Positions 1 through 9,735 of a stretch of DNA of 48,686 bases are shown piece by piece; position 1 is the first letter of the stretch, and the number at the start of each line of letters is the position of its first letter. The notes under the pieces are model-generated. The model was given only the letters and a program-made list of their open reading frames with translations. It did not search any database and had not been told where the DNA came from. A program made the position numbers and the translations under genes. This DNA is from Thraustochytrium aureum (Eukaryota). The DNA is taken from assembly GCA_012862495.1 (NCBI GenBank), contig BLSG01000037.1, positions 46,721 through 95,406 on the forward strand, written 5' to 3'.

Positions 1-1326
1 GCTTGCTTCGTCGCCACCAACGGCGCGCAGGCTTGGCACTACTTTGTGGCGCGAGGGGTCCCGGCGGCGCCCGGCGGCGGCCCGGTGGCGTACAAAATTG
101 GCGTGCCACTTCCCAAGGACGACCTGCATCCGCAACCGCCATTCGCGTCTGCCATCGAGCGGCCAAGGCCAGGCGCAATAGCTGTCATCGCTGATACTGG
201 CGAAGAGCGGAGCAAAGTGCTCGGCCTCTTGGAGCGGACAAGCGCCCAACTCGCGCTTGTCCTGCACCTCGGCGACGTGGCGTACGCCTCCAACACGGGA
301 ACGTGCTACGACGACGCCCTCGGGGCGCGGCGCGAGTGCGCCTTTGACTGCGCGCGCAACGAGTCGTGCAGAGGGCGCAATCGGCATTCCCCACAGCACT
401 TGGCGCGCTGGCGCTCGCTCCTTCAAGACATGCAGCTTCTCGCGCAAGCGGTTCCCCTCGAAGCCACCATGGGCAACCACGACAACGACTTGCCGTTTCT
501 GTTCAAGTTTCACCCAGAGATCCTCCAGCGCACAGACTCACTGAAACAACGCTGGGGGCACGAGGGCACGCTCAGAGGCGCGCCTGCGCAGGACCAAATG
601 GCCGCGGCCGCAGAGGCGATGCGCGAGCCGTATTTTTGGAGCCGCGACGTCGGGCCTGTCCACGTCGTCTCCTTGCAGACAGAGGACAACCCGATCAACG
701 CCTACGAGAGGAGCACCCACGGATCGCTCGAGTATGAGGCCGGGCCAAGGTCCACAAAGACCGGGCGAATTCACCGCCAAGCTGACATTCACCGGTTCGA
801 GCGGCACTTCGGCGAGGGCTCGCCGCAGATGCGGTGGCTCGTCAGGGACCTTGCGGGCCTCGATCGCGAAAAGACCCCATTCGTCGTCGTCATGATGCAC
901 CGACCGATGTTCCACACCTCTTCGCACCACCCAAATTGCGGACCGTCAGGCGATTGGTTCGGTTGCGAGATGCGACTGTCGCTCGCACCGGTCTTTGAGT
1001 CCTATGGGGTGACACTGGTTCTTGCGGGTCACTCGCATCACTACAGCCGCTCGCATCCCCTGCGCGTACGCCGTGGCCAGTCTGAGCCAGAGCTGGGGCC
1101 GCCCGGGTTTCCAACCTATGCTGTGCTCGGGACGGGTGGGTTCCGGCTCGACGCGGACTTTTACAAAAGGCCGGAGTGGCTGGCGGTCCGCACAGGGGAC
1201 CATTTTGGATACGGCCTGCTGCGGCCCCTCAACGCAACGTTTCTGAGCTGGGAGTTTGTATCTGCGCCCGGCGGGCAGCTCGTGGATTCCGTTTTGCTAC
1301 CAAGCCGCGCGCCGATTTCGCACTAG
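1..1326 (+). CDS. Purple acid phosphatase / calcineurin-like metallophosphoesterase (5' end lies outside the window)
   Basis: All five PAP metal-ligand blocks occur in order: IADTG, HLGDVAY, MGNHD, VMMHRP, LAGHSHHYSRS, plus a C-terminal HFGYGLL. The frame is open from base 1. Confidence 0.88.
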   Translation, partial: ACFVATNGAQAWHYFVARGVPAAPGGGPVAYKIGVPLPKDDLHPQPPFASAIERPRPGAIAVIADTGEERSKVLGLLERTSAQLALVLHLGDVAYASNTGTCYDDALGARRECAFDCARNESCRGRNRHSPQHLARWRSLLQDMQLLAQAVPLEATMGNHDNDLPFLFKFHPEILQRTDSLKQRWGHEGTLRGAPAQDQMAAAAEAMREPYFWSRDVGPVHVVSLQTEDNPINAYERSTHGSLEYEAGPRSTKTGRIHRQADIHRFERHFGEGSPQMRWLVRDLAGLDREKTPFVVVMMHRPMFHTSSHHPNCGPSGDWFGCEMRLSLAPVFESYGVTLVLAGHSHHYSRSHPLRVRRGQSEPELGPPGFPTYAVLGTGGFRLDADFYKRPEWLAVRTGDHFGYGLLRPLNATFLSWEFVSAPGGQLVDSVLLPSRAPISH

Positions 1327-1452
1327 CCAAGCCGTCAGCGGCGCGCAGCGCGCCTGCTGGCGCGGCCGTTCAATCATCGAAAGGAGTCAACTGTCGAGTA
1401 CATCATCATTGCACGGAGCTCGTCCATCAGTCCATTTCCCCAAGGGCGGGCA

Positions 1453-2619
1453 TCAAGACAATGTTCTGAACGAGGCTCGCGGGGCCAGAGGTTCTGCCGC
1501 AGCGACTCGAGCAGCCGCGCCATCCGCGAGCACCGTGCGCGCAATCTCGGCACGCTCGCGCTCGGGGGCCGACCACTCCTCGGCGAACAGGTCAGAACGC
1601 ACCAAGTCTCGGAACCCGGCACTGGAGAACACAGGCGCGCTTGCGCCTTCGGGGAGCTCGAGCAGCTCGACACCGTCGCCGTCTTCGCACCCGTCCTCGT
1701 CGCTCGAACACTCTGCGGGTCCGCTTTCAAAGCCAGCGGCGCTGCTAGTTTCTGAAGCTCCATCCGTCGGGTCTTCCACGGCGTGCTTGGCCGCCGTGGC
1801 AGTTTCTGTGTTGTCGCTCTGCGAGGACTCCCGTGCAGCGAGCCGCTCAAGCCTCCTAGTGCACTGGCGTGCTCGCTTTCGCCGTTTCTGGGCGAGGTCC
1901 AGCATAAAAGACCGAGTCCGCTCTTCAAACTCTTGCTGCCAGCGGACGAGCAGCGCGCCGCGTCCCTTCCTAGCATTGCCGTCGTCGCCAGGGCGCGCAA
2001 GCCGCTCCTTCAGCGCGCGCTCGCGGTAGGGGCCGTTCCGTCGAAGGGACTTGGTTGAAACGAGGGAGGACGCGGCCTGCGACATGTTCTCCTTGTCCGA
2101 GCTCACGACGCTCGATGCTTTGGACGGCTTCCGCGACCCCACCAACACCACTTTGGCCGCTTGGCCGTCTTGAAAGTCGCTGTCGTCTGCAGACCCGGTC
2201 AGCTCCGCTCGATCATGACGATCAGCTCTGCCTCGCGCCAGACCTGGCGACAGCCGCCGCTCCGCCGGCAGAGCGGCTGCCGGCGGCCGCTCCGGGGGAG
2301 CGAAATTGCCGGCTCGCGCCCGAGTCCTCCTGGCGACCTCCGCCTCTGCAAGATGGCCCCTTGTCCCGCGAGCTGCGCGCTTCGTCGCGCTCCTCTGGAG
2401 CCACCGCCGTCGGCGCGCGGTCGCGCTTTCNCCGTGGCTCCCCAGTCCAGATCGCCCGGCGGCCCGCCCCGCGTCTGCGCGCTTCGCCCTTCCTTCGCTA
2501 GCCCTACCCACCTTCGCATCGCTCGCCGCGCACTTCTCGAGCACGCTGTCGCGCTCCGTGCTGAGGTCTTTGAGCAGCGCCTCGAAGGCATCGTCCACGC
2601 CGTCGGCCCAGTCGTCCAT
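1453..2619 (-). CDS. Hypothetical protein, low-complexity/coiled-coil (~388 aa, one ambiguous base at 2431)
   Basis: Long ORF. ATG at 2619 (MDDWADGVDDAFEALLKDL) gives an acidic, helical, protein-like sequence. It converges on the PAP gene. No recognised domain. Confidence 0.55.
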   Translation of the reverse strand: MDDWADGVDDAFEALLKDLSTERDSVLEKCAASDAKVGRASEGRAKRADAGRAAGRSGLGSHXESATARRRRWLQRSATKRAARGTRGHLAEAEVARRTRARAGNFAPPERPPAAALPAERRLSPGLARGRADRHDRAELTGSADDSDFQDGQAAKVVLVGSRKPSKASSVVSSDKENMSQAASSLVSTKSLRRNGPYRERALKERLARPGDDGNARKGRGALLVRWQQEFEERTRSFMLDLAQKRRKRARQCTRRLERLAARESSQSDNTETATAAKHAVEDPTDGASETSSAAGFESGPAECSSDEDGCEDGDGVELLELPEGASAPVFSSAGFRDLVRSDLFAEEWSAPERERAEIARTVLADGAAARVAAAEPLAPRASFRTLS

Positions 2620-3420
2620 CCCCGCCGCGCCCGGCACAAAGCCTCGGGCGCCCGGCTTCCGACTTGAGCGGCCGCGGCGCGACACGGCCAAACGGGGCCT
2701 CGACGCAGGGCCAAACGCGCTTTCGGGGCGCCTGGAGCCCGCCGTTGCGCGCAGCGACAAGGTCTGCAACTCGCCTCGACGCGTTTGAAAATAAGTACTG
2801 AGTACATAGGCGATACATGTGATGGTGCCCGTCCCGTCCACGCCACGCTCGGAGCGCCAGAGCTCTGCGAGGCTGAGGCGATGAACACACGCAGGACGGC
2901 TTGGAAGAGCCGCGCGCCACGCCCTGGCAGCGAGCACGCCCTGGTCGCCCTCGAATCGGTCGCCTTCGCTCGCGGTGCGAGTACTCGTAATACTCGAGGC
3001 CCACTGAACTGAACTCAGCGCGAGGCAGAATGTTGGACGGACAAGTCTCGCGAGCCACACGGCGCAGGTGGGCTGTCGGACGCATAGCGCGAGGAAAAGT
3101 GGCGCGACCTGTCCGCTGACATTTGGTGATGGGCGGAGTTCGTTTGGCGGCCGAGCCGTCACTGGAGTTGCAGCAGACAGGCAGAATGGCGGATGTCAGC
3201 TGCTGCCGTTGGTTGGCGCTTGCTCCGAATTCGTGAAAGGCGTCCGGTCCTTGCTCAAGTCGTCTTGCGCGTGCTGTGGCTGCTAGGCAGACCGGTCGTC
3301 CAAAACCCAAACAGCAGCGAGCCTGAGCAACAACGAAAAGCAACAGGAAAGAGAAGCAAAGCAGGGAGCGTGTGGATTGATTCGACAAAGACAAAGACAG
3401 AAACACTCCGCAGTTTCAAG

Positions 3421-4269
3421 ATGCCATCCAAGTGTGCTGTATCCCTTGCTGTGGTCGCCGCGCTGCATCTCGCCGCAACGGCGTCCGGAGAGCAAGTCAA
3501 GTGCTCCTCGAACGTGCCCCTTCACGCCCTGCGTCTTGAGAACTGCATGCCACGCTGTCTTGCGCGACGTGCTGGCATGGGCCAGACCACCAACCTTGAG
3601 GCGGACTGCATCCAAGCGTGCGAATTCATGATGGACTGCTGCGGCCCGCTGAACTCGACTATCTCAGGTCCTCCGTGTGACGAGGCGCGGCCGTTGCGCC
3701 TCAGGGGCAGCTCATCTGTGGGAAGGAGCAAAGATCTGCAGGCGTTTGACGAGAACGAACTGCAAGCTGAGCCAGTCGTTGAGAGCGAGCCGCGGATTCT
3801 GCCCATCGGCGAGAACGAGCCGCGAACCAAGCCGATTATTGATGAGAGCGAGCCGCGGATCCTGCCCATCGACGAGAACGAGACGCGAACCAAGCCGATC
3901 ATCGTTGAGAGCGAGCCGCGGATTCTGCCCATCGACGAGAGCGAACCGCGAACCAAGCCCATCATCGATGAGAGCGAGCNNNNNNNNNNNNNNNNNNNNN
4001 NNNNNNNNNNNNNNNNNNNNNNNNNNNNNNNNNNNNNNNNNNNNNNNNNNNNNNNNNNNNNNNNNNNNNNNNNNNNNNNNNNNNNNNNNNNNNNNNNNNN
4101 NNNNNNNNNNNNNNNNNNNNNNNNNNNNNNNNNNNNNNNNNNNNNNNNNNNNNNNNNNNNNNNNNNNNNNNNNNNNNNNNNNNNNNNNNNNNNNNNNNNN
4201 NNNNNNNNNNNNNNNCTTGAGGGCGAGCCGCGCATTCTTCCGATCGAGGTGAGCGAGCCGCAAACCTAG
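3421..4269 (+). CDS. Secreted protein: signal peptide, 8-Cys region, then 21-aa acidic/Pro tandem repeats (gap inside; may extend to TAA at 4338)
   Basis: MPSKCAVSLAVVAALHLAATASG looks like a signal peptide. A Cys-rich segment follows. ESEPRILPIDENEPRTKPIID-type repeats lie on both sides of the N-gap. Confidence 0.75.
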   Translation: MPSKCAVSLAVVAALHLAATASGEQVKCSSNVPLHALRLENCMPRCLARRAGMGQTTNLEADCIQACEFMMDCCGPLNSTISGPPCDEARPLRLRGSSSVGRSKDLQAFDENELQAEPVVESEPRILPIGENEPRTKPIIDESEPRILPIDENETRTKPIIVESEPRILPIDESEPRTKPIIDESEXXXXXXXXXXXXXXXXXXXXXXXXXXXXXXXXXXXXXXXXXXXXXXXXXXXXXXXXXXXXXXXXXXXXXXXXXXXXXXXLEGEPRILPIEVSEPQT

Positions 4270-4290
4270 GCAATCATCGAGAGCGAGCCG
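3781..4290 (+). repeat. Coding tandem repeat, 63-nt unit made of two ~30-nt sub-repeats
   Basis: gagagcgagccgcggat(t/c)ctgcccatc recurs at 3781, 3844 and 3907, and the pattern resumes after the gap. Confidence 0.9.
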
Positions 4291-4378
4291 AGTCAACCAA
4301 GCACTGTCGGCGCCACGGACGCGGGCAAAGAGATGTAATAATTGTATCAAGATGATCAAAGTTCTCCTTGTTGAATCC

Positions 4379-7312
4379 CTACTCGATCTCAAGCAAAGAC
4401 GGCGAGTCCTCCAGCGCGGCCGACCAAGCAAGGCAAGCTGCTTTCGCGGCCCATTCAGCCACCTGGTCTTCAGCAGACCTCTCCAAGCGGATCGCAGGCA
4501 AAAGGCGAACAAACGATGGCGTTTGGGAAGCGTCCTCAGAAAGAGGCGAAACGACGACAGGCAGAATGCACCTCGACTCGACACGGTGGCGAAAGATGGC
4601 CATGTGCAACGCCGCCATGCCTGCCGAGCTGTCGAGGAGGGCGGGCGACAGCAAGATGACAATAAAGTGGCACGACTCGAGGCTCGAAAGGTCCACCTGC
4701 GCGCCAGTCTTACTTGGGAGAACCACCGGCGTGACGTTGCTGAGAACCGTTCCGGCGCGAGAGATTTTCTCTCCAAGCGACACGACCAAGTCGGCGTCCT
4801 CCGAGACGCCAACAACGACAAGTTCAGAGGTGCCCGGTTCCTTTGTCCCGCAGAGGATACCGCTGTCTCCGTCCACGATCAATGCATCATACTCTCGGGA
4901 AGCGTTGACAAGGACGCGCTCTTTGAAGTCGTGGCTCTGGGCCGCCGTGGGAACGGGGCGCACGGTGCTCGGCTTGGCGCGCCGTGCCTCCAAGGAAGCC
5001 GCGACTCGAGCGCAGCACTCGTACAGCGGCTCGCCGTCACGCAAAACATCCTTGAGAAATGCGGGGCAGCGCTCTGCCTCGGCCGAAGTGGCCCACGGCA
5101 CGACAGTGTTCGCAAAAAGCTCGCTGCGCCGCTCCTCGTGCATGAGCTTGGCGATGGAAAGCTCGTCCTGGCAGAACAACGACGCGAAGTACGCTGGTGA
5201 GACCAGCGCGAGCACTGTGTGCGACGAGTCCAGGCTGTCGTACAAGGCTTTTTGCCAGCTTCCGCCGGTCTGCAGGTTGATCGTGTCCAGGAAACAGCGG
5301 ACCCCGGGCAGGAGATGCTCGAGAATCTCTTTGGCCGCCCGCGCTTGCGAGGAGAATCGCTGGCTGTACGAAATGAAGACGTCAAAGCGCTTGCCAAAGG
5401 AAAGCGCGTCGTCGTCGGCATCGCTCTTGGTGGCTTGCACCCGCGTCGGCGCCACAAAGGCCTCCGACATGCCGCCGAGCGACAGGTTGAGCTCTCTAGG
5501 GTCGGTGACAACCATCAAAGCCGGGAAGAGGCTGCGAAAATTGCCAGGCCGCGCGTCGGTGTACTGCACGAGGGTCATGTAGCGCGGGAGCTGAGCGTTC
5601 TTGACGAGTATGGGGACAAGCACGCCGTCGCCCATGTACAGCGAGACGTTAAAGTGGTCCAGGCATGCCGCGTTCGAGATGTAGTTTGGCGTCAGGACCG
5701 CCAACACCTTGAATGCGCTCGCAAGAACATCGTCGCCCTCCGCGCTGTTGAACGAGTCGTCTGTCTCCGTGGCCCCCACCAGTGGCATCAGAGTCACGGG
5801 CTCGTTCATCTCTTTCAGTGCCATGCTCAAGATCGATTCGAGCAGCTCCACGACGTGCTGGTCCTCTGCCGCATATGAGACGACGATGTGACGCTTGGCC
5901 ACCGGCGCCGGCAGTCGTGTGACTGGCGCCTCAGGCTTGCGCCATCCCGCGGCCAAAGGCGGAGCTGCGGCGCCCGGAGGCGGCGGCGAAGCGAGCGAGA
6001 CCGGTTTTGATTTATTCTTTGGCCCGGGCAGGTCGTCGGCCTTCTGGTCCTGCTTCGACCCCTTCTTTGACGATCCCAAAATGGACTTGCGGATTGAGCT
6101 GAAGAACGACTCGCGCTTAGACGAGCGCGTAGCTGCTGACGCTGGTTTCGCTGCAGGTGCCATATGCGTTTGCACGCGCTCATTCACGACGCCCGAGGAT
6201 GGAGCCGGCTCTTGCGTGCCTTCAAACTTGCCGCTTTCAACGCTGGACTCGCTGTCGGCGTCTGAATCCGACGACAATTCTTGGCTCTGCCTCCGGCGTG
6301 GGAGGTCACTTGATTCGTCATTTGATTCGTCATTTCCCTCCATCGCCTCCTCCTCGAAATCTTGGTATACCTCCTCGCCCTCCTCGTCCTCCTCGTCTTT
6401 TGCAAGATGTTGACGCATCCTGTTGTCCAGGATTTGCAGGGACTCCCGCTTTTCCTTCTTGCGCCGCGCCTTCTTCTTTACATTCCTTGCACGTGCCTGC
6501 GCAGAGTCGTCAACGGGAGCTACCTTTGCCATTGGGGCCACTTCGATGTCCTCTGCGACGAGGGCCTGAGAACTGTGGCTGATTGGCGCCACAGGAGCGC
6601 TGGGGAGCGCTGGCGACGGTGGCTGGGCCGCTTGCTCGGCAGAAGCGGATGCTTCTGGCGCCCCCGATTCAAATGTCGGCTTCAGGCGGGCAAAGAGGCT
6701 ATCAACCTCAGGGAGGACCGCGAACGTGACAATGGTCAGCTTCTTGACTGGGAGGCCGCGGCGCGTCCACGCGAAAAAGGAGCGCACGATGCCTTCAACG
6801 AAGAGGCTTTGCTCGCCGGTTCGGAACCCCCCTGTTGTGAGAACGGGCATGATGACCGTCTCAGTCTCCGGCGCCATGGCAATGATGCCGCGCCACACGC
6901 CACCAACGAGGCGATGCGCGTTCGTCTGGTTGGGGAACGTCTCTAGACAAAGCAACCGCTTGAACGGCGAGTTGTCCGGGAGCTCCTTCGATATCCAGCA
7001 GCTGTGCGTGGTGCGCAGATCCTCCGCTTTGTCTTTCGCCAGAACGCCGACGTGGAGGTCCAGGTTTTCGGCAAGCGCGCCGATCACAGAGTTGGAAGTC
7101 TCCGCGTAGCTGCGAGGGTACGCGGACACTACGATGAGGTCGTACTCGTCGGTGACTTTGCTAATATCGCCTCGCGCGAGCACGCAGCGCACCTGGTCTT
7201 GGGACCCGCGTCGAGCCACGAAAGTCATCGAGTCCACCTCCTCGATCCCCCTGCCGACCAAGGGTGTCATCTGCGGCCGCTTTGGAACGGGTCGCAGCGC
7301 CCAGGAGGTCAT
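4379..7312 (-). CDS. Macrodomain-like + triple TIR-domain protein (977 aa from ATG 7312)
   Basis: The N-terminus has macro-fold hallmarks (LARGDIS...DLIVVSA...VIMPVLTTG...VKKLTIVTF). An acidic/basic disordered linker follows. TIR-1 is HIVVSYA...VLAVLTPNYISNAACLDHF...LVPILV. TIR-2 is FDVFISYS...CFLDTINLQTGGSW...VLALVSPAYFASLFCQDEL. TIR-3 is degenerate: LVVVG...FIVILLSPALLDSSAGMAALHMA...ILPVVV. Confidence 0.85.
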   Translation of the reverse strand: MTSWALRPVPKRPQMTPLVGRGIEEVDSMTFVARRGSQDQVRCVLARGDISKVTDEYDLIVVSAYPRSYAETSNSVIGALAENLDLHVGVLAKDKAEDLRTTHSCWISKELPDNSPFKRLLCLETFPNQTNAHRLVGGVWRGIIAMAPETETVIMPVLTTGGFRTGEQSLFVEGIVRSFFAWTRRGLPVKKLTIVTFAVLPEVDSLFARLKPTFESGAPEASASAEQAAQPPSPALPSAPVAPISHSSQALVAEDIEVAPMAKVAPVDDSAQARARNVKKKARRKKEKRESLQILDNRMRQHLAKDEEDEEGEEVYQDFEEEAMEGNDESNDESSDLPRRRQSQELSSDSDADSESSVESGKFEGTQEPAPSSGVVNERVQTHMAPAAKPASAATRSSKRESFFSSIRKSILGSSKKGSKQDQKADDLPGPKNKSKPVSLASPPPPGAAAPPLAAGWRKPEAPVTRLPAPVAKRHIVVSYAAEDQHVVELLESILSMALKEMNEPVTLMPLVGATETDDSFNSAEGDDVLASAFKVLAVLTPNYISNAACLDHFNVSLYMGDGVLVPILVKNAQLPRYMTLVQYTDARPGNFRSLFPALMVVTDPRELNLSLGGMSEAFVAPTRVQATKSDADDDALSFGKRFDVFISYSQRFSSQARAAKEILEHLLPGVRCFLDTINLQTGGSWQKALYDSLDSSHTVLALVSPAYFASLFCQDELSIAKLMHEERRSELFANTVVPWATSAEAERCPAFLKDVLRDGEPLYECCARVAASLEARRAKPSTVRPVPTAAQSHDFKERVLVNASREYDALIVDGDSGILCGTKEPGTSELVVVGVSEDADLVVSLGEKISRAGTVLSNVTPVVLPSKTGAQVDLSSLESCHFIVILLSPALLDSSAGMAALHMAIFRHRVESRCILPVVVSPLSEDASQTPSFVRLLPAIRLERSAEDQVAEWAAKAACLAWSAALEDSPSLLEIE

Positions 7313-7370
7313 TGCGGCAGACGCCGGCGCTCCAAAGGCAGCGCTCGAGCAGTCGGTGCCCTCGTCGCCG

Positions 7371-7810
7371 TCAATCGGTGTCTGCAGGAGCGCCGCCGAC
7401 AATCGGTGCCTGTGCAGGAGCGCCGTCAATCGGTGCCTACANNNNNNNNNNNNNNNNNNNNNNNNNNNNNNNNNNNNNNNNNNNNNNNNNNNNNNNNNNN
7501 NNNNNNNNNNNNNNNNNNNNNNNNNNNNNNNNNNNNNNNNNNNNNNNNNNNNNNNNNNNNNNNNNNNNNNNNNNNNNNNNNNNNNNNNNNNNNNNNNNNN
7601 NNNNNNNNNNNNNNNNNNNNNNNNNNNNNNNNNNNNNNNNNNNNNNNNNNNNNNNNNNNNNNNNNNNNNNNNNNNNNNNNNNNNNNNNNNNNNNNNNNNN
7701 NNNNNNNNNNNNNNNNNNNNNNNNNNNNNNNNNAGGAGCGCCACCGTCAATCGGTGCCTGTGCAGGAGCGCCGCCAATCGGTGTCTGCAGGAGCGGTGCC
7801 TGCAGGAGCG
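7371..7810. repeat. Minisatellite, variable ~25-30 nt unit (caatcggtgcctgtgcaggagcgccgc), partly in gap
   Basis: The unit is visible on both flanks of the gap at 7442-7733. Confidence 0.85.
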
Positions 7811-7996
7811 CGAGCAGCACCTCGAGCACGGTGTGCATTTTAAAGCTCATCAGCAGCCCTAAACCGCCCTAAATAACAGATCGCCCCGTGCTAGTTAAAG
7901 CACCTAAAGAACAAAAGAACAGATCGCCCCGTGCTCGAATCTTTGGGACAGGCAGGCAGGCAGGCAGGCAGAGCTGCAATGGGTCGGAGGGCCGCG

Positions 7997-9735
7997 ATGG
8001 AGGCCAGGACGCGAGGCGCTTCGGCCGTCGTGGCCGTCGTGGCCGTCGTGGCGATGGTGGCGACGTCCTGCGCGGCTGGTGCCGGACCCGTTTCTGCCCC
8101 GTTGGTCGGCGCCGAAACGGAATGCGGCGCCGCAAGGACCACCTGCCTCGCAGGGGACGCTGCTTGCGGAGGCCGAGGCGCGACGGTGCTCGGCGAGAGG
8201 AGGTGCTGCGCGGACGGCGCGATGGAGGTCGAGATGGATAGGACGGCGTGGACCGCGAGCTGCCTGTGCAGAGAGGGGCCGGCTGGGACGCTGGCCTGTG
8301 GACGAGACGCGTTCGTGCCGCTTGTAGCGCTGGACGACGAGTTTTGCGACTGCGGAAACGACGAGCCGGGCACGGCGGCGTGCAGCGAAGGCGTCTTTGT
8401 TTGCGCGGGTAGTGGGGTCGGCATGCCGGCGTCGCGAGTACGCGACGGGGTGTGCGACTGCTGCGACGGGTCCGATGAGCTTGGCAAGACAGCGTGTCCC
8501 GACACTTGCGCCCAGGACCGCGCGGAGGTCGACAGGATGCTTGGCGAGCTTAAGACTAGGCTCGCGCTGGGAATCATGCGGTTTCAGAAGCGCTTGCCGG
8601 AGAAGGTCGGTGCGACAAAGGCAGCCGACGTCGCCAAACGCGAGGCGCTGTTGGGGGACCGCGCCAACGCCGAAGCGCAGCTGGCCGACCTTCGAGCGCG
8701 CGAGGCCGAGTTGAAAGACAAGGACGAGGCACTGCGCGTAGAGGAAAGGGCCAAACTGGCCTCGGAGGACAGCGCGTTCCAGATCGAAATTGCGGCGCTC
8801 TGGGAAGGCAAGCTGCTCCAAGACCTCGTCACGCGGCTCGAGGAGCCCGCCAAGGCTGCGGCAGAACCCGATAGAGGCGAGTCCGCGGGGCCGGCAGCAA
8901 GCGAGCAGATAGACGCTGATCCCGCGACGGCGAGAGCGCGGCTCGCCGCGCTGGCGCTGGAGAGTCTTCCAATGCTCGACCGCTTTGCAACAGCCATGGA
9001 CGTACGGCCATACAAACTGAACAAAGCCGCCCAAGCCGTGCGCGAGGCCAACGAGGCCAGAACAACGGAGAGTAAAGACGTCGCGCTTCTCATCCAACAG
9101 GCAGAACAGACCATTCGCAACAGCGACAGCGCGCTCGCAAAAGTCGCCGAAATCGAAGGCGGCCTCGGCGAGGGCGACGCCATGCTTGCCCTGCGCGACC
9201 AGTGCCTATCTCACGCAGACGGCAAGTACACGTTCGAGGTATGCTTTTTCGGGGATGCCAAGCAAGACCGCGTCAAGCTCGGCGCGTTTCAGAGCTGGCA
9301 GCCTTACCCTGAGGCGGAGGTTGCGGCTAACTGGGAGCGCACAGTGCAGAGCGCCGCGCGCGCTGGGGCTCCGTCGCCGGAGGACGTTGCGCGGTTGATG
9401 TGGGGCCCTCCGTTGCGCGTGNNNNNNNNNNNNNNNNNNNNNNNNNNNNNNNNNNNNNNNNNNNNNNNNNNNNNNNNNNNNNNNNNNNNNNNNNNNNNNA
9501 TCAGGGTTTCCACCGGCAAGCGTCAGTCATCTTGCATTGCGGCCCTGACGACGAACTGCTCCAGGCCGATGAGCCCGCGACGTGCCAGTACGAGTTCCAC
9601 GCGGCGTCTCCAGCTCTTTGTACGACGATGGTGCAGCGCGTGGCTGGCGTCTCGCAGTCAATCGTTGACGAGACAGAGGAGCCGGGGTTTTTGGAAAAGT
9701 GGCTGCGAGGCGCCGCCAACCTCTTTCGCAAATAG
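7997..9735 (+). CDS. PRKCSH: Glucosidase II beta subunit-like (PRKCSH family); frame changes across gap 9422-9499
   Basis: Signal peptide; diagnostic [31 protein letters not shown]; coiled coil; MRH domain ([10 protein letters not shown]...[11 protein letters not shown]...[10 protein letters not shown]...SPALC). An alternative ATG lies at 7979. Confidence 0.88.

Noticed and set aside
3685..3710. RPLR as an oomycete RxLR effector motif
   Set aside because: It is far from the signal peptide, behind a Cys-rich domain, and a 4-residue match is expected by chance.
4267..4269. TAG reassignment / alternative genetic code
   Set aside because: Conserved genes here (PAP, mL46) end in TAG at the expected C-terminus, and no other internal TAGs were seen.
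7313..7777. N-terminal extension of the Macro-TIR ORF to 7777
   Set aside because: It runs through Ns and a minisatellite from a non-ATG start; ATG 7312 is the first supported start.
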